Shown one piece after another: positions 46,692-55,209 of a stretch of DNA of 64,000 nt. The notes under the pieces were generated by a model. That model did no database searches and was not told the origin of the DNA. It saw only the letters and a list, made by a program, of their open reading frames with translations. The position numbers and the translations under genes are program-made. Every line of letters begins with the position of its first letter. Position 1 is the first letter of the stretch. The stretch is from the NCBI GenBank assembly GCA_963928415.1, contig CAWVEX010000003.1, forward strand, positions 10,632-74,631. Reading direction: 5' to 3'. This stretch comes from Bacillota bacterium (lineage in GTDB: Bacteria; Bacillota; Clostridia; TANB77; CAG-508).

Positions 46692-47621
46692 ATGAAAGCA
46701 ACAATTATACAAAATATTTCAAATCAATATAAAGTAATAGATGAAGAAGATAAAGTGCATATTTGCATAGCTAGAGGAAAATTAAAAAATAATAATAAAG
46801 TTTTAAATAAAAGAGAAGAATCTGCTTTAAAACTTGCAACTAATAATGGAAAGATTAATACAATTTCTCCAGTTGCAGGAGATAAAGTAGAAATAGAAAA
46901 TGAGGCTATTACTAAAATATATGAAAGAACAAATTATATCAAAAGACCTAAAATTGCAAATGTAACACAGGTCGTATTTGTAGTATCATTAAAAGAACCA
47001 GAGCCAGATATATTAATGCTAGATAAACAATTAGCTTTTGCAGAAAATATGTGGATAAAAAGTATAATTGTGCTTAATAAAAGTGATTTAGCTGATGGAA
47101 CTTATTTAAAAAATATATATGAAAAAATAGGCTATACAGTTTTAGAGATGCAAGCTAAAAATAATATTGGAGTAGAGAACTTAAAAAAGTATCTAAAAGA
47201 CAATATTACTGTATTTTCAGGAAACTCGGGAGTAGGTAAATCTACAATTATCAACAACTTATTTGGAAGAAATATTACTGAAGAAGGTTTTATTAGTGAG
47301 AAAAATAAAAGAGGTAAAAATACTACAACAGCAGTAACCTTATATGAATTAGAAAAAAATACATATATTGCAGACACACCAGGATTTAGTACATTTGATA
47401 TCAATGAAATAGATTATAGAAATTTAGATAAAGAGTTTATTGAGTTTAATAAACATATTGAAGAATGCAAATATATTGGCTGCAGTCATATTTATGAAGA
47501 TGAAAAAGAATGTGGAATAAAAAGAGCAGTAAGCAAAGGCAATATTTCAAAATCTAGATATGATAACTTTTGCAAGATATATAAAGAATTAGAAGAAAAA
47601 TATAAAAGGAGATATAACTAA
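46692..47621 (+). CDS. rsgA: Ribosome small-subunit-dependent GTPase A
   Basis: Circularly permuted GTPase: NKSDL, GNSGVGKST, DTPGF, Zn knuckle CKYIGCSH...C. Confidence 0.9.
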   Translation: MKATIIQNISNQYKVIDEEDKVHICIARGKLKNNNKVLNKREESALKLATNNGKINTISPVAGDKVEIENEAITKIYERTNYIKRPKIANVTQVVFVVSLKEPEPDILMLDKQLAFAENMWIKSIIVLNKSDLADGTYLKNIYEKIGYTVLEMQAKNNIGVENLKKYLKDNITVFSGNSGVGKSTIINNLFGRNITEEGFISEKNKRGKNTTTAVTLYELEKNTYIADTPGFSTFDINEIDYRNLDKEFIEFNKHIEECKYIGCSHIYEDEKECGIKRAVSKGNISKSRYDNFCKIYKELEEKYKRRYN

Positions 47622-48277
47622 TGGAAGTATCAACATCATTATTAAGTGTAAAGAAAGAGGATATAATTCAAACAATATATAATCTAGAAGTAGCAAAAAC
47701 AGATTATTTTCATATTGATGTAATGGATGGAAGATTTGTAGAAAATGATACATCAGAAACAATGAGAATATATTGTGAGTATTTAAATCAAATAACAAAT
47801 GTTCCAATAGATGTACATTTAATGGTTACTAATGTAAAAGAATATATAGAAAGTTATTCAATATTTAATCCTAATATAATTTCTTTTCATTATGAAGCGT
47901 GCAAAGATAAAGAAGAAGTAAATAAATATATAAATCAAATAAAAGAAAGAGATTGCAAAGTAGGATTAGCCATAAAGCCTAATACAAGTGTAGAAGATAT
48001 AATCGAATTTTTACCAAAAATAAATTTACTATTAATTATGTCAGTAGAACCTGGAAAAGGAGGACAAGAATTTATTGCTTCTACTTTAGAAAAAATAAAA
48101 TATGCAAAAGAAAAAATAGAAGAACTAGGTTTAGATACAGAAATAGAAGTAGATGGTGGAATAAATATAGAAAATGCAAAAGATATAGAAGAAGCGGGAG
48201 CAACAATAGCTGTTTCTGGAACTGCAATTATTAATTCAAAAGATTATAGTTATACCATAGGAAAAATGAAAGAATAA
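47621..48277 (+). CDS. rpe: Ribulose-phosphate 3-epimerase
   Basis: FHIDVMDG.F, DVHLMV, MSVEPGKGGQ.F, VDGGIN. TAATG overlap with rsgA. Confidence 0.9.
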   Translation: MEVSTSLLSVKKEDIIQTIYNLEVAKTDYFHIDVMDGRFVENDTSETMRIYCEYLNQITNVPIDVHLMVTNVKEYIESYSIFNPNIISFHYEACKDKEEVNKYINQIKERDCKVGLAIKPNTSVEDIIEFLPKINLLLIMSVEPGKGGQEFIASTLEKIKYAKEKIEELGLDTEIEVDGGINIENAKDIEEAGATIAVSGTAIINSKDYSYTIGKMKE

Positions 48278-48326
48278 TAAAGTAAATAATGAATTTAATT
48301 AAAATATAACATTAAAAGGAATGAAT

Positions 48327-48962
48327 ATGAACCAAAAAAAAGCAGTAAAAATAATTAAAAAATTAAAAGAAATGTATCCAGATGCTACATGCAGTCTAGA
48401 TTTTTCTACACCTTTTCAAATGCTAGTTGCAGTATGTTTATCTGCACAATGTAATGATGAAAGAGTAAACAAAACAACACCAGAAATTTTTGAAAAATAT
48501 CCAACAGTTTTTGATTTTAATAATATGGATATAAAAGTATTAGAAGAATTAATACATCCTTGTGGATTTTATAAAAATAAAGCAAAAAATCTAAAAGCTG
48601 CAAGTAAGATGATAGTAGAAAAGTTTAATGGAGAAGTTCCAGATAATATGAAAGACTTAACATCTATTCCTGGAGTGGGGAGAAAAAGTGCAAATGTAAT
48701 AATGCTAGAAGCTTTTCATAATCCACAAGGAATAGCAGTAGACACACATGCAAAAAGAATTTCAAATAGAATAGGATTTTCAAAAGAAACAGATCCACTA
48801 AAAATAGAGCAAGATTTATTAAAAGTTATACCTAAAGAATATTATTATGATGTAAATCATTTATTAGTATGGCATGGAAGAAAAACATGTACTGCTAGAA
48901 ATCCTAAGTGTGAAGAATGTGCATTAAATGATTTATGTGAAAGTTATAAAATGCAAAAATAA
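48327..48962 (+). CDS. nth: Endonuclease III
   Basis: HhH-GPD (LTSIPGVGRKSANV, VDTH) and the 4Fe-4S cluster C-x6-C-x2-C-x5-C at the C-terminus. An alternative ATG is at 48321. Confidence 0.9.
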   Translation: MNQKKAVKIIKKLKEMYPDATCSLDFSTPFQMLVAVCLSAQCNDERVNKTTPEIFEKYPTVFDFNNMDIKVLEELIHPCGFYKNKAKNLKAASKMIVEKFNGEVPDNMKDLTSIPGVGRKSANVIMLEAFHNPQGIAVDTHAKRISNRIGFSKETDPLKIEQDLLKVIPKEYYYDVNHLLVWHGRKTCTARNPKCEECALNDLCESYKMQK

Positions 48963-49057
48963 ATTTATAAATTGTATTAGAATATTATTGGTTATTAAAT
49001 AAAAACTAGTAGAAAAAGACTATAAGGTATGATATAATATAATTGTGAGGTGATTGA

Positions 49058-49408
49058 ATGAAAAATAAAATTCCAGAAAAAATAGAAAAGTCTATTCAAA
49101 AATTTGTATTAGAAGCAAATAAAATGTTTGGAAATAGAATAAAAAAAATTATACTATATGGTTCTTATGCTAGAGGCGATTATAAAGATAATTCTGATAT
49201 AGATATTATGATATTAACAGATATGACAGACAAGGAAATAGTTGAATATAGTGAAAAAATATGGGATTTTGCTTATGATATAGAATTAGAAAATGATGTT
49301 TTAATTTCACCAACAATAAAAAATATAGATAAATTTAATTATTGGCTAAAGGCATTACCTTTTTATATGAATGTTCAAAAAGAGGGAGTGATATTGAATG
49401 GAAAATAA
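49058..49408 (+). CDS. Minimal nucleotidyltransferase (MNT) antitoxin-type protein
   Basis: GSYARGDYKDNSDIDIMILTD (GSxxRG...DxD). Confidence 0.8.
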   Translation: MKNKIPEKIEKSIQKFVLEANKMFGNRIKKIILYGSYARGDYKDNSDIDIMILTDMTDKEIVEYSEKIWDFAYDIELENDVLISPTIKNIDKFNYWLKALPFYMNVQKEGVILNGK

Positions 49409-49793
49409 AGTTTCAAAAGAATTAGCTTGGCACAGATTAGAACAAGCTAAAGAAGATATTTTAGCATGTGAATTATTATATAATGGAAAATTATATAAAT
49501 CTGCTAATAATAGAGCTTATTATGCTATTTTTCATTCAATTAGAAGTGTTCTAGCACTTGAACCTATAGATTTTAAAAGACATAAAGATGTTATAGCATA
49601 TTTTAATAAAAATTATGTAAATACAGAGATTTTCCCTAAGAGTATAGGAAGAAAAATTGCAAGGGCAAATCAAGTAAGAGAAGATAGCGATTATGATGAT
49701 GAATTTATTGTAGATCCTAATAATACATTAGTACAAATAAATACAGCCAAAGAATTAATAGATTTAGTAGAAAAGTACTTGAATAGAAATTAA
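49398..49793 (+). CDS. HEPN-domain protein (toxin partner of MNT)
   Basis: 131 aa, all-helical. NNRAYYAIFH and REDSDYD motifs typical of the HEPN family paired with MNT. 11-nt overlap with the MNT gene. Confidence 0.8.
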   Translation: MENKVSKELAWHRLEQAKEDILACELLYNGKLYKSANNRAYYAIFHSIRSVLALEPIDFKRHKDVIAYFNKNYVNTEIFPKSIGRKIARANQVREDSDYDDEFIVDPNNTLVQINTAKELIDLVEKYLNRN

Positions 49794-49815
49794 TTAATTA
49801 GATAAATAATAAAAG

Positions 49816-49844
49816 TTGAAAGATAGTATTTTTTATATTATAAT
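49816..49844 (+). promoter_or_regulatory. Consensus-like sigma-A promoter
   Basis: TTGAAA, 17-nt spacer, TATAAT. About a 100-nt leader before the small ORF. Confidence 0.45.
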
Positions 49845-49954
49845 ATAGAAATCTAGAAGATAGTGATTTAAAAGCAACTGCTAGAGAATTACTAAATAAA
49901 ATAAAGTATTAAGCTATCTGATTGTATTCTTGCGATATAGTAGGAGTGATGAAA

Positions 49955-50122
49955 ATGGATGTTGTTCCTAAACCTAAAAGTATAACTCGTAAAACTATGG
50001 ATATACATATATCCAAAAGAAAAATTGCAGAAGTATCCAAAAGACTTGGAATGAAAATTAATGAAGTTGATAGTCGACTTGAACAAAGTTTTGAGGATGC
50101 AAAAAAACAATATTTCAAATAG
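49955..50122 (+). CDS. Small hypothetical protein (55 aa) with HTH-like segment
   Basis: SD TAGGAG 8 nt before the ATG at 49955. MDVVPKPKSITRKTMDIHISKRKIAEVSKRLGMKINEVDSRLEQ... Promoter and terminator are in the same orientation. Confidence 0.4.
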   Translation: MDVVPKPKSITRKTMDIHISKRKIAEVSKRLGMKINEVDSRLEQSFEDAKKQYFK

Positions 50123-50159
50123 TTGATATTGCAATCAGATTGTAAAACACTTTATTTTA

Positions 50160-50198
50160 CAGCCATTGTGGAAATAATTATCCATGATGGCTGATTTT
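50160..50198 (+). terminator. Hairpin terminator
   Basis: CAGCCATTGTGGA/TCCATGATGGCTG stem (two G-T pairs) followed by TTTT. Confidence 0.6.
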
Positions 50199-50209
50199 AA
50201 AAAAAATAG

Positions 50210-50237
50210 TTGACATATTATTTTTTCGTGATATAAT
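50210..50237 (+). promoter_or_regulatory. thrS promoter
   Basis: TTGACA, 16-nt spacer, TGA-TATAAT (extended -10). Confidence 0.7.
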
Positions 50238-50244
50238 AAGTATT

Positions 50245-50478
50245 GTAAAAGCAGTAAGAGAAAAAGTAAAATAAAGGTTGCTTAAAGAGAGAATTAGTCA
50301 TAGGCTGAAAGCTAATTCAAGTAAACATATTTGAAAAACTACCTCTTCAAGCCTCTAGCGAATAAGCTAGACGTCAGGTGCGTTATAGCCTAAAATGAAG
50401 TGAAATATCCGGGTGGAACCGTGCTTATATAAGTACCCCAGAACATAATTTATAGTTATGTTTTGGGGCTATTTTTTA
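50245..50478 (+). promoter_or_regulatory. T-box riboswitch leader (threonine specifier)
   Basis: Stem I base GCTTAAAGAG/CTCTTCAAGC with an AGAGA motif, distal hairpin GAATTAG...CTAATTC, specifier region AAAACUACC (ACU/ACC at 50338-50343). T-box CGGGTGGAACCGTGC at 50410-50424. Terminator CCCCAGAACATAA/TTATGTTTTGGGG followed by T6. Confidence 0.85.
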
Positions 50479-50504
50479 CCTCAAAACATAGAAAGGAAGT
50501 ATTT

Positions 50505-52436
50505 ATGATTAAAGTAACTTTAAAAGATGGCTCTATAAAAGAAGTAGAGCAAGGAATTAGCATTTATGATTTAGCTAAACAAATTAGTGAAGGATTAGCT
50601 AGAAACGCTACATGCGGAAGAGTAGATGGCAAAGTAGAAGATTTAAGATATGAATTAAAAAATGATTGCCATTTAGAAATATTAACATTTGATAGTGATT
50701 TAGATGGAAAAAAGGCTTATTGGCATACAACATCACACATAATGGCACAAGCTGTTAAAAGATTATTTCCAAATGTAAAATTAGCAATTGGTCCAGCTAT
50801 TGATGATGGTTTTTATTATGATTTTGATGTAGAAAATAATTTTACAGATGAAGACAAAGAAAAAATAGAAGCTGAAATGAAAAAAATTATAAAAGAAGAT
50901 TTACCAATAGAAAGATTTTCACTTCCTAAAAAAGAAGCATTAGAGCTTATGAAAGATGAACCATATAAACAAGAATTAATCAATGATTTAGCAGAAGGAG
51001 AAGAAATATCTTTCTATAAACAAGGTGAATTTACAGATCTTTGTGCAGGTCCTCATTTAATGAGTACAGGAAAAATAAAAGCTGTAAAAATATTAAATAA
51101 TTCAGGTGCATATTGGAGAGGAAATGAGCATAATAAAATGCTACAAAGAATTTATGCTATATCATTCCCTAAGGCATCTTTACTAGAAGAACACTTGAAC
51201 TTACTAGAAGAAGCTAAACAAAGAGACCACAGAAAAATAGGTAAAGACCTAAATTTATTTATGACACATAAATTAGTAGGTTCAGGACTTCCTATGTACT
51301 TACCAGATGGTGCAACAATAAGAAGATTGCTTGAAAGATATATTCAAGATAAAGAAATAAAACTTGGTTATCAACATGTTTATACACCATGCTTAGCAAA
51401 TACAGAATTATATAAAATAAGTGGACATTGGGATCATTATAAAGATGATATGTTCCCTATAATGAAAATGGATAATGAAGAAATGGTATTAAGACCAATG
51501 AACTGTCCACACCATATGCTAATATACAAAAATAGCCTACATTCATATAAAGATTTACCAATTAGAATAGGTGAACTTGCTCATGATTTTAGATATGAAG
51601 CAAGTGGTAGTGTTTGCGGACTAGAGAGAGTTCGTGAAATGTGTCAAAATGATGCTCACTTATTTGTAAGACCTGATCAAATAAAAGAAGAAGTAGGAAG
51701 AGTATTAAATTTAATTAAAGAAGTATATCAAAAAGACTTTGGATTCCCAGCATCTAACTTTAAATATAGATTATCTTTAAGAGATAAAGATAATAAGGCA
51801 AAATATATAGATAATGATGAAATGTGGGAAACAGCTGAAAGTCAACTTCGCGAAATCTTAACAGAACTTGGAATAGATTTCTATGAAGCAAAAGGTGAAG
51901 CTGCATTCTATGGTCCAAAAATAGATATACAAATTAAAACAGCACTAAATCATGATATTACAATTCCAACTTGTCAATTAGACTTTGCACTTCCAGAGAG
52001 ATTCCAATTAACATACATTGGAGAAGATGGAAAAGAGCATAGACCAGTTGTTATACATAGAGCAATACTAGGTTCTTCAGATAGATTTATGGCATTCTTA
52101 ATAGAAGAAACAAAAGGAGCATTCCCAGTATGGCTATCTCCAAAACAAGTTAAGATATTACCTATTACAGATAAACATGTTGAATATGCAAATAAAATAA
52201 AAGAAGAATTACAAGAACAAGGTATAAGAGTAGAAGTAGATGACAGAAATGAAAAAACAGGATATAAGATTCGTGAAGCTCAATTATCTAAAGTTCCATA
52301 TATGCTTATAGTAGGAGATAAAGAAGTAGAAAGTAATACTGTTTCTGTAAGAGACAGAAAAGATGGAGACTTAGGAAGTATTAAAATAGAAGACTTTATT
52401 AATAGAATTGTAAAGGAAGTAAACGAATATAAATAA
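50505..52436 (+). CDS. thrS: Threonine--tRNA ligase (full length: TGS, editing, catalytic and anticodon-binding domains)
   Basis: MIKVTLKDGS (TGS), HTTSH/editing domain, RPMNCPHH, FRYEASG...GLERVREMCQNDAH, HRAILGSSDRF. The track start at 50463 lies inside the T-box terminator. Confidence 0.95.
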   Translation: MIKVTLKDGSIKEVEQGISIYDLAKQISEGLARNATCGRVDGKVEDLRYELKNDCHLEILTFDSDLDGKKAYWHTTSHIMAQAVKRLFPNVKLAIGPAIDDGFYYDFDVENNFTDEDKEKIEAEMKKIIKEDLPIERFSLPKKEALELMKDEPYKQELINDLAEGEEISFYKQGEFTDLCAGPHLMSTGKIKAVKILNNSGAYWRGNEHNKMLQRIYAISFPKASLLEEHLNLLEEAKQRDHRKIGKDLNLFMTHKLVGSGLPMYLPDGATIRRLLERYIQDKEIKLGYQHVYTPCLANTELYKISGHWDHYKDDMFPIMKMDNEEMVLRPMNCPHHMLIYKNSLHSYKDLPIRIGELAHDFRYEASGSVCGLERVREMCQNDAHLFVRPDQIKEEVGRVLNLIKEVYQKDFGFPASNFKYRLSLRDKDNKAKYIDNDEMWETAESQLREILTELGIDFYEAKGEAAFYGPKIDIQIKTALNHDITIPTCQLDFALPERFQLTYIGEDGKEHRPVVIHRAILGSSDRFMAFLIEETKGAFPVWLSPKQVKILPITDKHVEYANKIKEELQEQGIRVEVDDRNEKTGYKIREAQLSKVPYMLIVGDKEVESNTVSVRDRKDGDLGSIKIEDFINRIVKEVNEYK

Positions 52437-52442
52437 GTATAA

Positions 52443-52469
52443 AGAGTTCACTTAAAAGTGAGCTCTTTT
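52443..52469 (+). terminator. thrS terminator
   Basis: AGAGTTCAC/GTGAGCTCT stem followed by TTTT. Confidence 0.7.
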
Positions 52470-52578
52470 AAAATGTTCTTTTGTGAATAATTTTTAGACT
52501 AAAAATATTATATAAATAGAGTGTCAAATTTTGTAGAAAAATGTCGACGAAAGATAAGCAAAAATAAAAGAAAATATA

Positions 52579-52607
52579 TTGACATATATAAGAAAACATA
52601 ATATACT
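52579..52607 (+). promoter_or_regulatory. Near-consensus promoter with no adjacent ORF
   Basis: TTGACA, 17-nt spacer, TATACT. The next ORF starts about 215 nt downstream. Confidence 0.4.
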
Positions 52608-52823
52608 TAAAACAATTAAAAAATCAATTGATTTAATTCATTAATTTTTTTATCAAATATTCTTATACATTTTCAAAAATACGTATTTTAAATGTTTCCA
52701 AACGAAAGAAGAAAAATTTCAATTTTATAAATTTAACTTACCTAATATAATGCGTAGGTTTAATAATTATACATAAAAAACTTGACGAAATATAATAAAA
52801 GAAGTATAATCAAGGAGGAAAGA

Positions 52824-53897
52824 ATGAAAATACATATAATTGAAAATGATGATTTAGAAGAAGATGAAAAATTAAGTAATAAGCCTAAACTAAGGTTAAT
52901 AACAAATGATTATTATAAAGTAGCAGAAGAAGAATCTAAATATTCATATACCAAAAATTACACTAATAATTTTAATGATAAAATAATGAGAAAAATATTA
53001 AAAGATAAAGTTCAAGCATCAATATACTTAAATGAATGGCTTAAGATAAAAAAGGGATTTGAAATAAAACCTGAAGAAATAGAAGAGGTTACAGAGAGTT
53101 ATATAACTAAAAGTTGGAAAAATAGAGAAACAGATATAGTATATAAAGATAAAAAATACGAAGGGGTATTTTATTTAATAGAGCATCAGACAAAAGTAGA
53201 TTATTTAATGGCAAAAAGAATACGAGAATATAAGAATGAAATAGAAAATCATTATGAATTAAATAGTTCTAGTAAAGATATAAGAAGAATTGCAAATGTC
53301 ACAGCTTTAGTTATATATATTGAAAATAGAAAATGGAAGGCAAAAACAAATATAGAAGAATTAAAAATAAAAAATCCAAGGCTAAAGGAAAAACAAAAAG
53401 ATGACTATGAAATAATAAGTATTAATGATTATACATTAGAAGTGCTAGAAGAAAAAGTTAAAGAAAATGAGGAAAATATAATACTAAAATTAGCTTTAAT
53501 AAATAAACTAGGAAAGATGAAAAATGAAGAAATAATGATAAAAGTAATGAAAGATATAAAAATAAATTCTACTCAAATAGATTATGTAGCATCATATATA
53601 AATGAAAGAATAAGTAAAAAATGTGGCAAAGAATTTGCAAAACTAATGATAAAAAATATAGAAGAAAAATTAGAAAATAGGGAGGAAAAGAATATGTTAG
53701 AAGCATTTGTGGACAGATTTTTAGATATTGCAGATGAAAGGGAAAAGCGTGGAGAAAAACATGGCATTGCTCAGGGAATAAGCCAAGTAGCAATTAATAT
53801 GCTTAAAGCAAAGTGTGACAAAAAAATTATAAAAAAATGTACAGGGCTAAGTGATGAAAAAATAAAAGAACTAGAAAAAACATTGCAAAATGCATAA
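52824..53897 (+). CDS. Rpn-family (YhgA-like) PD-(D/E)XK recombination-promoting nuclease / putative transposase
   Basis: ETDIVYKDKKYEGVFYLIEHQTKVDYLMAKRIREY core and C-terminal EKRGEKHGIAQGISQVAINMLKAK...TGLSDEKIKEL tail. ATG after AAGGAGG. The track start at 52782 coincides with a TTGACG -35 element. Confidence 0.8.
   Translation: MKIHIIENDDLEEDEKLSNKPKLRLITNDYYKVAEEESKYSYTKNYTNNFNDKIMRKILKDKVQASIYLNEWLKIKKGFEIKPEEIEEVTESYITKSWKNRETDIVYKDKKYEGVFYLIEHQTKVDYLMAKRIREYKNEIENHYELNSSSKDIRRIANVTALVIYIENRKWKAKTNIEELKIKNPRLKEKQKDDYEIISINDYTLEVLEEKVKENEENIILKLALINKLGKMKNEEIMIKVMKDIKINSTQIDYVASYINERISKKCGKEFAKLMIKNIEEKLENREEKNMLEAFVDRFLDIADEREKRGEKHGIAQGISQVAINMLKAKCDKKIIKKCTGLSDEKIKELEKTLQNA
53694..53897 (+). 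CDS. Candidate in-frame internal ORF (67 aa) within the rpn gene, RpnS-like
   Basis: GGGAGG at 53680-53685, 8 nt before an in-frame ATG at 53694. It encodes exactly the C-terminal helical tail MLEAFVDRFLDIADEREKRGEKHGIAQGI... Confidence 0.3.
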   Translation: MLEAFVDRFLDIADEREKRGEKHGIAQGISQVAINMLKAKCDKKIIKKCTGLSDEKIKELEKTLQNA

Positions 53898-53920
53898 TCT
53901 TTATTTATAAAAAAATAAAA

Positions 53921-53949
53921 CAGTATTTTGAAAAAAATACTGTTTTTTT
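53921..53949 (+). terminator. Intrinsic terminator after rpn
   Basis: CAGTATTT/AAATACTG stem followed by T7. Confidence 0.8.
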
Positions 53950-53989
53950 ACTTTCTTAATGATATAATAATTAAAACTAAGGAGGACAA

Positions 53990-55165
53990 ATGGAATACAG
54001 TAAATTAGGTAAAGAATTAGAAATATATACAAATGTAGATTATATTGGAAAAGGCTTCCCTATAATTCTTCCAAATGGCGCTAAAATGATGAAGATTTTA
54101 CAAGAGATGGTAGAAGATGAAGAAGAAAAAAGAGGCTACTCAATAGTTAGAACGCCAAGTTGCTCGAGAGCTGAAATATATATGATTGAAGACAGATGGG
54201 AACAAGAAAAAGATGAGATATTTACAATAGAAGATGAAGAAGAACAAAATTCAATTGTATTAAGACCTTATGTAAGACCATTCCATTGTAGTCTTTATGC
54301 TACTAAACCTCACAGTTACAAAGAATTGCCAGTAAAATTAAGTGAAACTTCTACTGTATTTAGAGATGAACCTACTAGTAAAATAAGAGGGCTTACTTGT
54401 ATGAGGCAGTATTCTTTTTCAGATGCAAGTATATTTACTTCTCCAGAGCTATTAGAAAAAACATTAAAAGAATCTGTAGAAATAGAAAAATATTTTATGG
54501 ATAAGTTAAACTTAAATGTTGAGTATAGAATATCTACATGGAATACAAATAAAAAAGAAGAATACATAGGTACTATAAATGAGTGGAACATGGTAAGAGA
54601 TGCAATGGAAAAAGTCTTAAAAGATAGCAATATAACTTATATAGAAAACCAAGATGCTAAAATGTATGGACCAAGTATACAAGTTTTTTATAATAGTAAA
54701 TTACTAGCAAAAATAGAGATAGATTTTGAAATAACACATAGATTTGATTTAAAATATACAGATAAAGATGGATTAGAAAAATTTCCAATATATATACATA
54801 GGCAAGATTTAGGAAGTTATGAAAGCATGCTTGCTATATTAATTGAAAAGTATCAAGGAGAATTTCCTACATGGATTGCACCTGTTCAATGTTGTATAAT
54901 TCCTGAATATGATGAATATATAGATTATGCAAATAAGTTAAAAGAAAAATTAAGAGATAGAAGAGTAAGAGTTTCAGTAGATTTTACAAATAAAAGTACA
55001 GAGGAAAAAATAGCTAAAGCTCAAAAGTTTAAAATACCATATATTGTTCTTATTGGTAAAGAAGAATATAATAGCAATGAAATATCAGTTTTAAGATATG
55101 GAAATAAAGAAACAAAACATTATACATTAGATGAAGTAATGAATATGTTTGATAGAAGAAGATAA
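53990..55165 (+). CDS. Truncated ThrRS paralog (class II catalytic core plus anticodon-binding domain only) with substituted active-site residues
   Basis: 391 aa, collinear with thrS residues ~250-643 (e.g. FPTWIAPVQ, IPYIVLIGKEE, YGPSIQV). Lacks the TGS and editing domains. RPYVRPFHC versus RPMNCPHH, FSDASIF versus QNDAHLF, GSYESM versus GSSDRF. Confidence 0.85.
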   Translation: MEYSKLGKELEIYTNVDYIGKGFPIILPNGAKMMKILQEMVEDEEEKRGYSIVRTPSCSRAEIYMIEDRWEQEKDEIFTIEDEEEQNSIVLRPYVRPFHCSLYATKPHSYKELPVKLSETSTVFRDEPTSKIRGLTCMRQYSFSDASIFTSPELLEKTLKESVEIEKYFMDKLNLNVEYRISTWNTNKKEEYIGTINEWNMVRDAMEKVLKDSNITYIENQDAKMYGPSIQVFYNSKLLAKIEIDFEITHRFDLKYTDKDGLEKFPIYIHRQDLGSYESMLAILIEKYQGEFPTWIAPVQCCIIPEYDEYIDYANKLKEKLRDRRVRVSVDFTNKSTEEKIAKAQKFKIPYIVLIGKEEYNSNEISVLRYGNKETKHYTLDEVMNMFDRRR

Positions 55166-55209
55166 AAATCTAAAGTTTTAATAATTAAAATTATGAAAGG
55201 AGAAATATT

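Noticed and set aside
49892-50134. Two overlapping minus-strand ORFs (80 and 69 aa)
   Set aside because: The promoter (49816-49844), SD and terminator (50160-50198) are all oriented for the + strand 55-aa ORF. The minus-strand products are low-complexity.
49914-50142. 9-nt complementarity (ATCTGATTG / CAATCAGAT) between the leader and the 3' end of the 55-aa ORF transcript
   Set aside because: It is too short to distinguish from chance in AT-rich DNA without conservation data.
50463-50504. Upstream extension of thrS (track start at 50463)
   Set aside because: The extension lies inside the T-box terminator hairpin and U-tract. The TGS-domain N-terminus MIKVTLKDG starts at 50505.
53898-53989. 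T-box upstream of the ThrRS paralog
   Set aside because: The 92-nt interval holds only the rpn terminator and an extended -10 element, with no room or motifs for a T-box.
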